Positions 1-10,443 of a DNA stretch of 64,000 bases are shown here, piece by piece; position 1 is the first letter of the stretch; every line of letters starts with the position of its first letter. The stretch is taken from positions 487,044 through 551,043 of the forward strand of contig CAWCMA010000007.1 of the NCBI GenBank assembly GCA_963796565.1, in the 5' to 3' direction. The position numbers and the translations under genes are program-made. A model generated the notes under the pieces. The model was not told the origin of the DNA, did no database searches, and worked only from the letters and a program-made list of their open reading frames with translations. The stretch is from an uncultured delta proteobacterium (GTDB taxonomy: Bacteria > Desulfobacterota > Binatia > Binatales > Binataceae).

Positions 1-1257
1 TTCGCGCGCGTCCTGGCTCAGCAGCTCGAGTTCGAGCGTGATCGCGTTGAGCGGGTTGCGAATCTGATGCGCCACGCCGGAAAAGACTCCGCCCAGGCGC
101 GCCAGGCGCTCCGAATTGTCAACCACGGTTTCGAGCTGCTGGACCGAGGCCAGATCGCGCACGATCACGAGCTGCCCGGCCCGCGCCGAATCGCCGCCCA
201 GGGGAAAGATCGAAACCAGCAGCCGCGCCTTGTTCCTGCCGCGGCCCACCTCGATCGCCACATCGCGCAGTTCCGTGCCCGCCGCCCGCGCCGTGCGCAC
301 TACTCTGACCAGTGGATGGCTCTCGCCGATCAGCGCGGAGAGCGCTTTGCCCAGCGCGAGGCCGCCGGCGGGAAGTCCAAGACGCCCCTGCGCATCGTCG
401 TTGGAGAAACGCACGATGCCGGTGGAGTCGAGCAGCAGCACGGCGTCGTCGATCGAGCGAAAGATATTGATGAAACGGCCGCGTTCGTCTTCCCACTGCA
501 CGCGGTCGGAGCGTACGCGATGCGAGAGCTCGTTGAACTTGCGGGCGAGCGAGCTCAGCTCGTCGCGGCCACGGACCAGCAGGCTGCTGCTATCGCGACC
601 GGCGGCCAGCCGCTCGACCTCGGCCGTAATCGCGGCGACCGGCGCCAGCAGCAGCGCGCCCGCCAGTAGCGCGCCCAGCAGGCTTATCCCCAGGAACGCG
701 ATCCCGATGAATAGCACGTTGGCCACCGCGTGACGCACTTCGGTCGCGATGAGCGCGGTCGAGAGGCCGACTTTGATGAGCGCGAACGGTTTCTGGTTGA
801 TTTCGACCGGGCTGCTGATCTCGTATACGTGCTCGCCCCATAGCGGACGAATTCGCGCGAACGGCGACCATCGCGAGGCCGCCCGCCGCAACTCCTCAAA
901 CGGTCGCGGAGCGGGGGCGCTGACGGCGTCGCCCCCGGTTCCCGATATCAGGTCTCCGCTGGGAGTCACCACTTTTGCATAGACCACGCCCTTGCCGAAG
1001 GCGCGCGAGGAGGAGAGCAGGGCGGCCAACCCCTGGTCCTGGCTCAGGACCGTTTTCGGATTTTTCGGATCGCCCTTGGACTGGTCAAGCGCGGTCCGAA
1101 TCTGCTCGAAAGTCTCGTTGACCAGCAGGTTGCCCGAGTCGCCCAGGCTCGCGACCATCACGCCCACGGCGTGGTCCGCCTCGGTGGCGCTGACGGCCAG
1201 TACCGCGATTACCAGCAGGGGAACGAAGATGGCGGCGATTTTGGTGCGCAGGCCCAT
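1..1257 (-). CDS. Sensor histidine kinase (TM/HAMP-PAS-HisKA), truncated at window edge; C-terminal catalytic domain lies beyond position 1
   Basis: Manual reverse-strand translation from ATG (rc of cat 1255-1257) gives MGLRTKIAAIFVPLLVIAVLAVSA... then the H-box GGVFSGVAHQIRNPLNAITLELELLSQDARE, with no stop before the window edge. The ORF is absent from the track because it runs off the window. It lies immediately downstream of the NtrC-type regulator on the same strand. Confidence 0.8.
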   Translation of the reverse strand, partial: MGLRTKIAAIFVPLLVIAVLAVSATEADHAVGVMVASLGDSGNLLVNETFEQIRTALDQSKGDPKNPKTVLSQDQGLAALLSSSRAFGKGVVYAKVVTPSGDLISGTGGDAVSAPAPRPFEELRRAASRWSPFARIRPLWGEHVYEISSPVEINQKPFALIKVGLSTALIATEVRHAVANVLFIGIAFLGISLLGALLAGALLLAPVAAITAEVERLAAGRDSSSLLVRGRDELSSLARKFNELSHRVRSDRVQWEDERGRFINIFRSIDDAVLLLDSTGIVRFSNDDAQGRLGLPAGGLALGKALSALIGESHPLVRVVRTARAAGTELRDVAIEVGRGRNKARLLVSIFPLGGDSARAGQLVIVRDLASVQQLETVVDNSERLARLGGVFSGVAHQIRNPLNAITLELELLSQDARE

Positions 1258-1295
1258 AACCGGGTTTCCTCGATTAGCGTGCGGCGCTTGGGCTG

Positions 1296-2794
<1,499 letters not shown>

Positions 2795-2798
<4 letters not shown>

Positions 2799-3094
2799 AT
2801 GATCAGGTCCAAGGCATCACCGACGATCCTGAACGGCAACAGGACTACCGTCACGACGGCATGCGTTGTCGCGCCCAGGACGCTATCGGGTTCATTCGAT
2901 TGTTTCGTGGTGGTGGTTGTAGTGGTGGCCGGAGCCTGGGCATAACCCGCTTGCGGGTCATTGGTTACCGCTCCGCCGTCGGATCTGGTCACGCTGGTTG
3001 TCGTGGTGGTTCTCTCGCCGCTTGAACATCCCTGGGCCAGCACAATCGCACAGGATGCCACCGCGGCAGCGAATAGTACTGCAAGCCGCTTCAT
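2795..3094 (-). CDS. Small Thr-rich lipoprotein, first gene of the two-component operon (4-nt ATGA overlap with the regulator)
   Basis: Signal peptide plus lipobox MKRLAVLFAAAVASCAIVLAQGC, followed by poly-Thr tracts (TTTTTS, TTTTTTTK). Its stop overlaps the regulator start. Confidence 0.55.
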
Positions 3095-3273
3095 CCTCCA
3101 TTCTCCTCAATCACGAATCCCGCCGCGCCGGCCCGCGCGTTGGACCCGTAGGAGGCATCATATCACGGCCACGGGCGGCGCAAACAGAGTCAACCATGGC
3201 TACGGAAAAAATGGCGAAACGGCAGAAAGCTCGCGCGTGACAGCCACGGCATCGCGCCGTATTCTGATCGAGT

Positions 3274-4539
3274 ATGGATGACATCTCGTCTGAAAGCGCC
3301 GGGGCCTCCCCGGCGGCGGCGGAGGTCCGCGAAATTGCGCGCGACGAGATTCGCCGCCGCCTCGGCGATCCCACACTCCTGCTGGTCGACGTGCTCCCGC
3401 GCGAGTCCTATGCGGCCGAGCACATTTCCGGCGCGCTGAATCTGCCGCTGGCTGAGGTGGAAAAGCACGCGCTCGAGGTGCTGCCCGATCGCACCGCCGA
3501 CATCGCCGCCTATTGCGCCAAATTCACTTGAACGGCCGGCGCGCAGGCGGTCCGCCTGCTCCAGCGGCTGGGCTATACCAACGTGCGGTACTACCACGGC
3601 GGCATCGCCGACTGGAAGGAGGCCGGATTGCCGATCGAGGCCGCGCCGGGCGGTGCCGAAGCCGCGCCGCAGGATGGGCCGCAGTTGGAGACGCGGCCGC
3701 CGCGCCGGACACGGCCCGCGCCGCCAAGCGTCTCGCGCCGTCAGCAGTGGGGCAACGCGTTGCTCGATCTGCTGGAGAGCCTGTCGGCCTCGCAGATCTT
3801 TTTGGTCTGGCTCGGGATGGTCGTGGTCTGTGGATTCCTCTACTGGCTGATCGGGTTTGCGCATCGCCCCGGGCTGGTCGACGGCGGCAGGCCGATCGCA
3901 GCCACGCTCGGCGGACTGCTGAGCGCCCTCTACTTCAGCTTCGTCACCACCACCTCGGTCGGCTACGGCGACGTATTGCCGATCGGACTGGCCAGAATCC
4001 TCTCGATCTTCGAGGCGGTCACCGGGTTGCTTATCTTCGGCGCGCTGGTCGCCAAGTTCGTCTCGCGCCGCCAGGACGAACTGGTGCGTGAAATCTTCGC
4101 CGTTACCTTCGAAACCCGGCTTGACCGCGTGCAGACCAACCTGCACCTGGTGCTCTCGGAGTTGCAGTCGATCGCGATGCTGTGCGACGAGGGCGTGACT
4201 CAGCCGCAACGAGTCGCCGCGCGACTGGAGAGCGCAGTGCTGGTGTTCGGCGGTGAACTGCGCGCAATCCATTCGCTTCTGTACAGTCCGCAGCGCGCCC
4301 CCGGGGAGGCGGTGCTGGAGGCCATCCTGGTCGCACTCGGTTCCGCGCTGCGCACGCTGAGCGATGTTATGACCTGTCTACCAGCCGGGTTGGACCGTTC
4401 ACCGACGCTCCAGAACGCGCTCCGGAACATCCGTGCGCTCGCCGATGACATCTGCGCCGAATGCGTGCCGCAGGTCTACGCGCCGGGGCTCACGGTCTGG
4501 ATGGATCGGGTCCAGGAAACCGCGCGCAAGATCGTTTGA
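3274..4539 (+). CDS. Rhodanese-domain / two-TM K+ channel fusion with an in-frame TGA (3529-3531) that is a candidate selenocysteine codon
   Basis: Track ORFs 3274..3531 and 3583..4539 are in the same frame and are separated only by the TGA. The rhodanese motifs continue across it: ...DIAAYCAKFT-TGA-TAGAQAVRLLQRLGYTNVRYYHGGIADWKEAGLPIE. Downstream there is TM1 (IFLVWLGMVVVCGFLYWLIGF), the pore helix and K+ filter TTTSVGYGD, TM2, and a roughly 180-aa C-terminal cytoplasmic domain. Confidence 0.6.
3543..3559 (+). other. SECIS-like hairpin (GCAGGCGG-UC-CGCCUGC) beginning 11 nt after the in-frame UGA, with a GGUC apical loop
   Basis: A perfect 7-8 bp stem seen directly in the sequence. The spacing and the GGU loop position (U about 20 nt after UGA) closely mimic the E. 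coli fdhF SECIS (UUGCAGGUCUGCACC, G23U24). Confidence 0.5.
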
Positions 4540-4632
4540 CCTGGAAAGTTCGTTTGATTCGCGGGTGCCGCTCTAATGATGTGAAGGGCAGCTTGTTGCG
4601 CGGCTTTCCGCGCGTAAATGATCAAATGAAAA

Positions 4633-4660
4633 ACAAAAAACCCGCATTAATGCGGGTTTT
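4633..4660. terminator. Bidirectional rho-independent terminator (AAAAAACCCGCATTAATGCGGGTTTTTT)
   Basis: A GC stem flanked by an A-run and a T-run. It serves the plus-strand channel gene and the minus-strand tRNA. Confidence 0.7.
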
Positions 4661-4661
4661 T

Positions 4662-4738
4662 TGGTTGCGGGGGAGGGATTTGAACCTTCGACCTCCGGGT
4701 TATGAGCCCGGCGAGCTACCAGACTGCTCCACCCCGCC
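4662..4738 (-). tRNA. tRNA-Met (CAU), initiator type
   Basis: The reverse complement reads GGCGGGGTGGAGCAGTCTGGTAGCTCGCCGGGCTCATAACCCGGAGGTCGAAGGTTCAAATCCTTCCCCCGCAACCA. This is a cloverleaf with the GGG/CCC anticodon stem, a CAU anticodon, a 1:72 mismatch and a CCA end, and it is near-identical to E. coli tRNA-fMet. Confidence 0.9.
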
Positions 4739-4826
4739 CCGGCATACTATCGGCGCGTGATGAGCTGGGTCAACATGATTCGCCGCCGACACCGCGTGGC
4801 GCATCGCGTAGCGCGTCGTGCGGTTG

Positions 4827-6035
4827 CTACGCGTGCTCGGCCGCGCGCATGATCCGCATCAAATTGTTCGGCGCGTAAAACTCGGAAATCGGGACGGTTG
4901 TGGCGACCGTGCCCATGAAGCGACTCGTATCTTGGGCGTTGCCGCTCAGCGCGGCCAACAACGCCTGAACCATCGGCGAAGGCCCCTCCAGCCGCGCCAG
5001 GTCGCAGGTGAAGCGGTAATGATCGATCGAGGCGGCGTTGCGCGCGCTCTCGTAGCGCGCCAGCGCCTGCTCCATCGGCTCACGCCCGGCAAGTCCCGCG
5101 CTGGCCGCTTCGGCCAGCAGTTCGGCGTCGCGCAGCGCGTCCCGGATGCCGTAGCCGGTGATTGGATCCTTATGGTAGCCGGCGTCGCCCACCAGCGCCC
5201 AGCCAGGACCGTATGGTCTGCGGAAATAATTCGCGATCCCACCCGTGCCGGCGAAGCGCTCCTCGCGCTTGCCCGCCCGCACTCGCTCGCAGAGATCCGT
5301 CGCCGATTCCAGTGTCTTGAAAAACCCGCCCTCGATATCGGAGCGCCAGGCCTCGAACTCGGCCTTGGGCCGCTCGATCGCGATACAGGTGAGCCCGTCG
5401 TTGGTGGCAAAGCCAAGCGTCGAGCATCCCGGGCGCGGATGAACTTCGCACGCGCTCAGACGCACGCCACTGAAATAGCTGTAATAGCCGCAGGTCATCG
5501 CGGGAACCGTATCGTATTCGGGTGGATCTACCGCTCGTGCGAGCGACGACCACGGACCGTCGGCGCCGATCACGATTTGCGCCCGCTCGTCGCACGCTTT
5601 CCCGCTGCGCAGGTCGCGCCCGCGAATTCCGTTTACGCTGCCGCCCTCCCAACTGAGAGCGTCGACCATGAACCCCTCGCGCACTTCGGCTCCGGCCTGC
5701 GCGGCCGCATCGAGCAGAATTTTGTCGAAAACCACGCGCCGCGGACACAGCGCGATAGCGTTGTCCTCGTACGGCACGGGCGCGCCTTCGAGCGCGAGCG
5801 GACCGAGGTCGAGGCGGATACGCTCGATCGGCGGGCAGTTGGTGGCGAGCACCGCGTCGAGCAGCCCCCATCGTTTGAGCCGCGCGACCCCGGGCTGATG
5901 GATGTAATGCGTCGACATGATGTCGCTCGGAAAGGTCGCCCGGTCCACCAGCAGCACCCGATGACCCGCGCGCGCGAGCAGCATCGCCGTCGGCGCCCCG
6001 GCGCATCGCGCGCCCACTACGATCGCGTCGTACAT
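4827..6035 (-). CDS. FAD-dependent oxidoreductase/monooxygenase (geranylgeranyl-reductase / halogenase-like fold)
   Basis: N-terminal dinucleotide fold YDAIVVGARCAGAPTAMLLARAGHRVLLVDR, and GDAGYHKDPITGYGI near the C-terminus. Confidence 0.8.
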   Translation of the reverse strand: MYDAIVVGARCAGAPTAMLLARAGHRVLLVDRATFPSDIMSTHYIHQPGVARLKRWGLLDAVLATNCPPIERIRLDLGPLALEGAPVPYEDNAIALCPRRVVFDKILLDAAAQAGAEVREGFMVDALSWEGGSVNGIRGRDLRSGKACDERAQIVIGADGPWSSLARAVDPPEYDTVPAMTCGYYSYFSGVRLSACEVHPRPGCSTLGFATNDGLTCIAIERPKAEFEAWRSDIEGGFFKTLESATDLCERVRAGKREERFAGTGGIANYFRRPYGPGWALVGDAGYHKDPITGYGIRDALRDAELLAEAASAGLAGREPMEQALARYESARNAASIDHYRFTCDLARLEGPSPMVQALLAALSGNAQDTSRFMGTVATTVPISEFYAPNNLMRIMRAAEHA

Positions 6036-6080
6036 GATTCCCTTCCGTCAGTCGGGGATTCCGTTAATCCGGGTATTTCG

Positions 6081-6260
6081 TTAATCCGGAACGATACGCA
6101 AATTACATTCGCGATGGGCGCGGCCGAACTCGGTCAGCTCTTTTTCAATCGCGGTCGGATTGGGCTTGGGCTCGCCCAACATGGTCTGCTTGGCAGTGGC
6201 CACGTCTATCCCGTCGGCTTCGACGGAGAGGTTGTGGTCGTCGCACATGATAAATGCCAT
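6081..6260 (-). CDS. Small hypothetical ORF (59 aa) missing from the ORF track (below its size cutoff)
   Basis: Manual translation gives MAFIMCDDHNLSVEADGIDVATAKQTMLGEPKPNPTAIEKELTEFGRAHRECNLRIVPD. It sits in an intergenic gap with no supporting motif. Confidence 0.2.
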   Translation of the reverse strand: MAFIMCDDHNLSVEADGIDVATAKQTMLGEPKPNPTAIEKELTEFGRAHRECNLRIVPD

Positions 6261-6418
6261 CGTGCAAAACGCTCCTTGCGAATTCGACCACGCTAGCCGA
6301 AAGCGCCGCTCGTGTCAGCCCACTGCCTGGCGCGCCGCGCCGTTTACCGATCGCGTGAGGTTTGTGGTAGTCGATTGCGATTGCGATGAAACAGTGAACG
6401 GAGCTGGAGCGTGATGCG

Positions 6419-7579
6419 ATGAGTCTTAAGGGAACGGCCGCCGTGGTCGGAATCGGCGAACTGAAGCCTACCAAGGAGGCGCCGCCCGACGCGACCGCGC
6501 TCGGCCTCATGTCGAACGCGGCGGCCGAGGCGATCGCCGACGCGGGCCTCGAGACCAGGGAGATCGACGGATTTCTCTGCGGGATGGCTTTCGCGGACGC
6601 CGGGATGTTGTATCCGGCAAGCGTCGCCGAGGTGATGGGAATCAATCCGCGGATGCTCAACCAGGTTGACATCGGCGGCGCGAGTCCGGCCGGGATGGTG
6701 TGGCGGGCGGCGGCGGCGATTAACGCCGGCATGTGCCAGGCGGTGCTGTGCGTGGTCGGCGACCTCAACAAGTTCGGCGACCAGAAGCCGCCGGTCATCT
6801 CGGTGCAGCGCGAGTTCGAGGCGCCCTACGGAAATATCGGCGCCAATTGCGGATACGCGATGATCGCCAATCGCCATATGTACGAGTATGGGACCACGGC
6901 GCGGCAGATGGCGAAGGTCGCGGTCGACCAACGCAAGAGCGCGGTCAAGAATCCGCTTGCGACCTTCAACGACCGCGAACTCACGATCGACGACGTGCTC
7001 AATTCGCGCATGATCGTCGATCCGCTCCATCTCTACGAAATCGTCAGTCCGTGCAGCGGCGGATCGGCGGTCGTGGTGGCCTCGCCCGAAGTCGCCCGGC
7101 GCGCCAAGCATCCGCCGGCCTGGCTGCTCGGCGCCGGCGAATACTCCAATCACGCGTCGATCACCTACGCGCCGTCGCTGACCGACTCGCCCGTGAAAGT
7201 TGCGGCCGAGACGGCCTTCAAGATGGCCGGTGTCGCGCGCAAGGACATCGACCTGGTCTGCCCGTACGACTGCTACACCATCACGGTAATCGTGACGCTC
7301 GAGGATGCCGGGTTCTGCAAGAAAGGGCAGGGCGGCAACTTCGTATGGGATCACGATCTGTCGTACGCCGGAGACTTTCCGTGCAATACGCACGGCGGCC
7401 AGCTCTCTTTCGGACAGCCCGGGCTAGGCGGCGGGATGAGCCACGTGACCGAGGCGGTGCGCCAGTTGATGGGTCGCGGCGGCGAGCGCCAGGTCAAAGA
7501 CGCGCGGCTCGCCTACGTCAACGGCAACGGCGGCATCATGAGCGAGCAGGCGAGCCTGATTTTGGAGCGACGTTCATGA
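6419..7579 (+). CDS. Thiolase-like protein (SCP-x / lipid-transfer-protein type thiolase)
   Basis: Thiolase-fold motifs (CGMAFADAG, NGNGGIMSEQ). It is followed by a DUF35 partner with an ATGA overlap. Confidence 0.8.
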   Translation: MSLKGTAAVVGIGELKPTKEAPPDATALGLMSNAAAEAIADAGLETREIDGFLCGMAFADAGMLYPASVAEVMGINPRMLNQVDIGGASPAGMVWRAAAAINAGMCQAVLCVVGDLNKFGDQKPPVISVQREFEAPYGNIGANCGYAMIANRHMYEYGTTARQMAKVAVDQRKSAVKNPLATFNDRELTIDDVLNSRMIVDPLHLYEIVSPCSGGSAVVVASPEVARRAKHPPAWLLGAGEYSNHASITYAPSLTDSPVKVAAETAFKMAGVARKDIDLVCPYDCYTITVIVTLEDAGFCKKGQGGNFVWDHDLSYAGDFPCNTHGGQLSFGQPGLGGGMSHVTEAVRQLMGRGGERQVKDARLAYVNGNGGIMSEQASLILERRS

Positions 7580-7977
7580 GCGAATACATCAAGCCGCTGC
7601 CCAAGCCGACGCCGACCAGCCGCCCATTCTGGGAGGCCGCGCGACGCCATGAACTGAGCCTCCAGCGCTGTGCCGCATGCAAGGCGTACATCTATTACCC
7701 GCGCGAGCGATGCCCGCATTGCTTCTCGGACCGCCTTACATGGGAGCGCGTCAGCGGACGCGGCAAGGTTTACAGCTACACGGTGGTGCGCCGCGCCTCG
7801 AGCCGCTCGTTCGCCGATCGACCCTACGTGCTGGCGATCGTCGAGCTCGAGGAGGGGCCGCGGATGACGAGCAATATCGTCGCCGCGCCCGAGACCGTGA
7901 AGGTCGGGATGCCGGTAATGGTGCAGTTCGACGACGTGACCCCCGAGCATACGCTGGTCAAGTTCAAGCCGGCCTGA
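7576..7977 (+). CDS. DUF35 OB-fold/Zn-ribbon protein (thiolase partner)
   Basis: Start ATG at 7576 overlaps the thiolase stop. Zn-ribbon CAACKAYIYYPRERCPHC plus an OB fold. Confidence 0.75.
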   Translation: MSEYIKPLPKPTPTSRPFWEAARRHELSLQRCAACKAYIYYPRERCPHCFSDRLTWERVSGRGKVYSYTVVRRASSRSFADRPYVLAIVELEEGPRMTSNIVAAPETVKVGMPVMVQFDDVTPEHTLVKFKPA

Positions 7978-8003
7978 CCGCCGCCGAGGGTTTTCAGGGC
8001 TGG

Positions 8004-8696
8004 TTACGCGAGCAGCACCGCGACAATCCCGGTCAGAAAAATTCCGTCGAAGGTCCCCGCGCCGCCGATCGACGCGACCGGCGCGCCCAGCTCGCTTAGC
8101 CGCCCGAGGTTCATCAGGTCCGCGCCAATCAGCGTGCCCATCACGCCGCTGATATACGCGATCGCGTCCGCATGATGCGGAGCACCGCCGCTCAGTAACA
8201 TTCCCACCAGCGCCGCGACGATCGGCGGAATGAACATCGGTGTGGCGATTCCGACCCCCGCAATCGGGCGCGCCGCGCGATGCACCACGAAGGTCACGAT
8301 CGCGGTTCCCAGCACCGCTTGCAGAAACACGGCCGGGTTGACCGCGAGTATCCATGCGCAGATGCACAGCGGCACGATCGCGCCGCCCACGTTTATTGCC
8401 ACCACCGTCGAACGCCCCGCCGCCAGGTGCTCCGGTACCCGGTAGCGCATCCCGAAGTAGCTCACCACGTCGGGCGAGGAAGGTCCGCCGCCGTGGCCGC
8501 CCTCGATACGCGAGATAGGAATGTTGATGTAGCTGCCGAACAGGCTGACGATCAGCGCCCAGAAGGCCGCATGCGGCGGCAGGCCGAGCGCGTTGAAGGC
8601 GTAGTTGATCGCGCCGATTTCCAGCATCACGAACAAAAAGGCGAGCGCGAAGAAGAAGATTATCGCGTACAGGAAGATGAACGGCGCAAAGAACAT
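8004..8696 (-). CDS. DUF1614-family integral membrane protein
   Basis: Polytopic hydrophobic protein. The start is set at MFFAPFIFLY (rc cat 8694-8696); the upstream extension in the track is Arg-rich junk. Confidence 0.6.
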   Translation of the reverse strand: MFFAPFIFLYAIIFFFALAFLFVMLEIGAINYAFNALGLPPHAAFWALIVSLFGSYINIPISRIEGGHGGGPSSPDVVSYFGMRYRVPEHLAAGRSTVVAINVGGAIVPLCICAWILAVNPAVFLQAVLGTAIVTFVVHRAARPIAGVGIATPMFIPPIVAALVGMLLSGGAPHHADAIAYISGVMGTLIGADLMNLGRLSELGAPVASIGGAGTFDGIFLTGIVAVLLA

Positions 8697-8826
8697 GGTC
8701 GGCGATAATACCAAGCCTTCGCATCGGTGGCACGCGCCGCCCCCACGCGCCGCCATACGCCGGCGCGTGGGGGCGGCGGCTCTTTGTGCGCGGCGCGCCG
8801 GCGGGTAAGATCGCGCGCAAGACATC

Positions 8827-9399
8827 ATGAATCAGACCGAACGCAATGAACTGCTCGCCCTGCTCGCGCGCGAGTCCTACTTCGAGCGCGCCGCCGTCAC
8901 GCTGACCTCCGGGCGCTCCTCGGACTACTACATCGACGCCAAGCGCACGCTCTACCTGCCCCGCGGCGCGTACCTTGCCGGCGAGCTGATGTTGGAGCTG
9001 GTGCTCGCCGAGGGAATCGAACAGATCGGCGGGATGGCGGCCGGGGCGCTGCCAGTGACCGACGCACTGATCGCTGCGGCGCATCGTCATGGCGCGAACC
9101 TCCGCGGCTTCTTCGTGCGCAAGGAAGTACGGACGCACGGCCTCCAACAGCAGATCGAGGGCGCGTTCCGAAAGGAACTGCGCGTCGCGGTTATCGACGA
9201 CACGATCACCACCGGCGGTTCGAGTCTGCAGGCCGCGGCCGCGCTCAAAGAGGCGGGCGCGACGGTGGAGCATGCATTCGCGCTAGTCGACCGCGGCGAA
9301 GGCGCGGCCGCGGCCTTCGCCGGCGCCGGGCTCAAGTACCGCTGGCTCTTCACCGCCGAGGAAGTGCGCGCGGAGCGCGCACGAATCGGCGGTGGCTGA
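8827..9399 (+). CDS. pyrE: Orotate phosphoribosyltransferase
   Basis: PRPP-binding loop VAVIDDTITTGGS and the type-I PRTase fold. Confidence 0.85.
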   Translation: MNQTERNELLALLARESYFERAAVTLTSGRSSDYYIDAKRTLYLPRGAYLAGELMLELVLAEGIEQIGGMAAGALPVTDALIAAAHRHGANLRGFFVRKEVRTHGLQQQIEGAFRKELRVAVIDDTITTGGSSLQAAAALKEAGATVEHAFALVDRGEGAAAAFAGAGLKYRWLFTAEEVRAERARIGGG

Positions 9400-10351
9400 A
9401 CGACGCCGTCCGGCGGCGCGCGCCGCGGCCGCCGGCACGGCGGCGGACGCGCTTGCGGCGGTGGCGCGGGTCGCGCCGCTTGGCGGCGCGACCCGCCTCA
9501 CCGCCGTCTTCGGCGACCCGGTCGAGCATTCGCTTTCGCCCGCGATGCATAACGCGGCGTTTGCCGCGCTCGGCATGGATCGCGCTTACGCCGCGTTTCA
9601 CGTCACGCCGCCGATGCTCCAAGCGGCGCTGCGCGCGCTTCCGGCCCTCGGGATCGTCGGCGTCAACCTGACCGTGCCGCACAAGGAGCGGGCGCTCAGG
9701 CTGGCCGCGAAGCTGAGCGCGGAGGCGCGGATGCTCGGGGCGATCAATTGTGTCGTGAACCGTCCCGCAGGCCTTTATGGCGACAACACCGACGCGCGCG
9801 GCCTGGAGCGCGATTTGGTTAGCCTCGGCGTCGCGCTCAAAGGCGCGGCAGCGGTGGTGATCGGCGCGGGCGGCGCGGCCGCCTCCGCCGTGGTCGCCTG
9901 CCTGCGCTGTGGCGCGCGCGAGGTTGCGATCGTCAATCGCACTCCCGCGCGGGCCTCCGCCTTGACGCGACGGTTGCGGGCGCGGCTCCCGCGCGCGCTG
10001 GGCGGCGCGGCGTTTTCGGTGCGCGGACTCGACGCGCTAGCCGACCTGGCGCTGCTCGAGCGCGCCGCCATCATCATCAACGCGACGCCGATGGGCCTCA
10101 CTTCGGCCGGCTTCGTGCGAATCGAATACGCGCGCACTTCGCGCGGATGTTTTTTCTACGATCTCATCTACGCGGCCCGGCCGACGGCCTTTTTGCGGCC
10201 GGCGATCGCGCTTGGGCGGCACGGGGCCGACGGCGCCGGGATGCTGGTGAATCAGGGCGAACTGGCGTTCGAGCTTTTCAACGGCGTGGCGCCGCCGCCG
10301 GGCGTGATGCGCCGTGCGCTCTTCGAGCGCCTCGGCCGCGATTCCCGCTAG
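9392..10351 (+). CDS. aroE: Shikimate 5-dehydrogenase (true start may be an internal GTG near 9460)
   Basis: [18 protein letters not shown] substrate motif, a Rossmann GAGGAA motif, and NATPMGL. Confidence 0.85.
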   Translation: MAERRRPAARAAAAGTAADALAAVARVAPLGGATRLTAVFGDPVEHSLSPAMHNAAFAALGMDRAYAAFHVTPPMLQAALRALPALGIVGVNLTVPHKERALRLAAKLSAEARMLGAINCVVNRPAGLYGDNTDARGLERDLVSLGVALKGAAAVVIGAGGAAASAVVACLRCGAREVAIVNRTPARASALTRRLRARLPRALGGAAFSVRGLDALADLALLERAAIIINATPMGLTSAGFVRIEYARTSRGCFFYDLIYAARPTAFLRPAIALGRHGADGAGMLVNQGELAFELFNGVAPPPGVMRRALFERLGRDSR

Positions 10352-10443
10352 CAATGTTTTTTGTTCTCTCGCCCGCGGTTATTCGCGGCTGAGCGGCGGA
10401 TTTCCGTAGGCGGTTCTCGCCGATGCTCGCATGAGCGTCGGCG

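Noticed and set aside
3529-3531. Interpreting the in-frame TGA simply as a pseudogenising nonsense mutation or frameshift
   Set aside because: Not fully rejected. It is disfavoured because both halves stay in frame and conserved, and the TGA sits at or near the rhodanese catalytic loop. An fdhF-like hairpin with a GGUC loop starts exactly 11 nt downstream. Other selenium-linked families (ArsS-like) occur in the window. Sequencing error remains a formal alternative.
3190-4272. 360-aa ORF on the minus strand overlapping the channel gene
   Set aside because: It is antisense to a gene with clear domain content (K+ filter, rhodanese). The Arg/Gly/Asp-rich composition is typical of high-GC shadow ORFs.
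7513-9273. 586-aa minus-strand ORF spanning DUF35, the DUF1614 protein and pyrE
   Set aside because: It crosses three well-supported genes on both strands and has no motifs. It is a GC-rich frame artefact. The same reasoning applies to 4818..6296(+), 6344..7393(-), 16994..18607(-), 19963..21681(-), 26636..28498(-), 11628..12728(+), 44179..45246(-) and 62442..63473(-).
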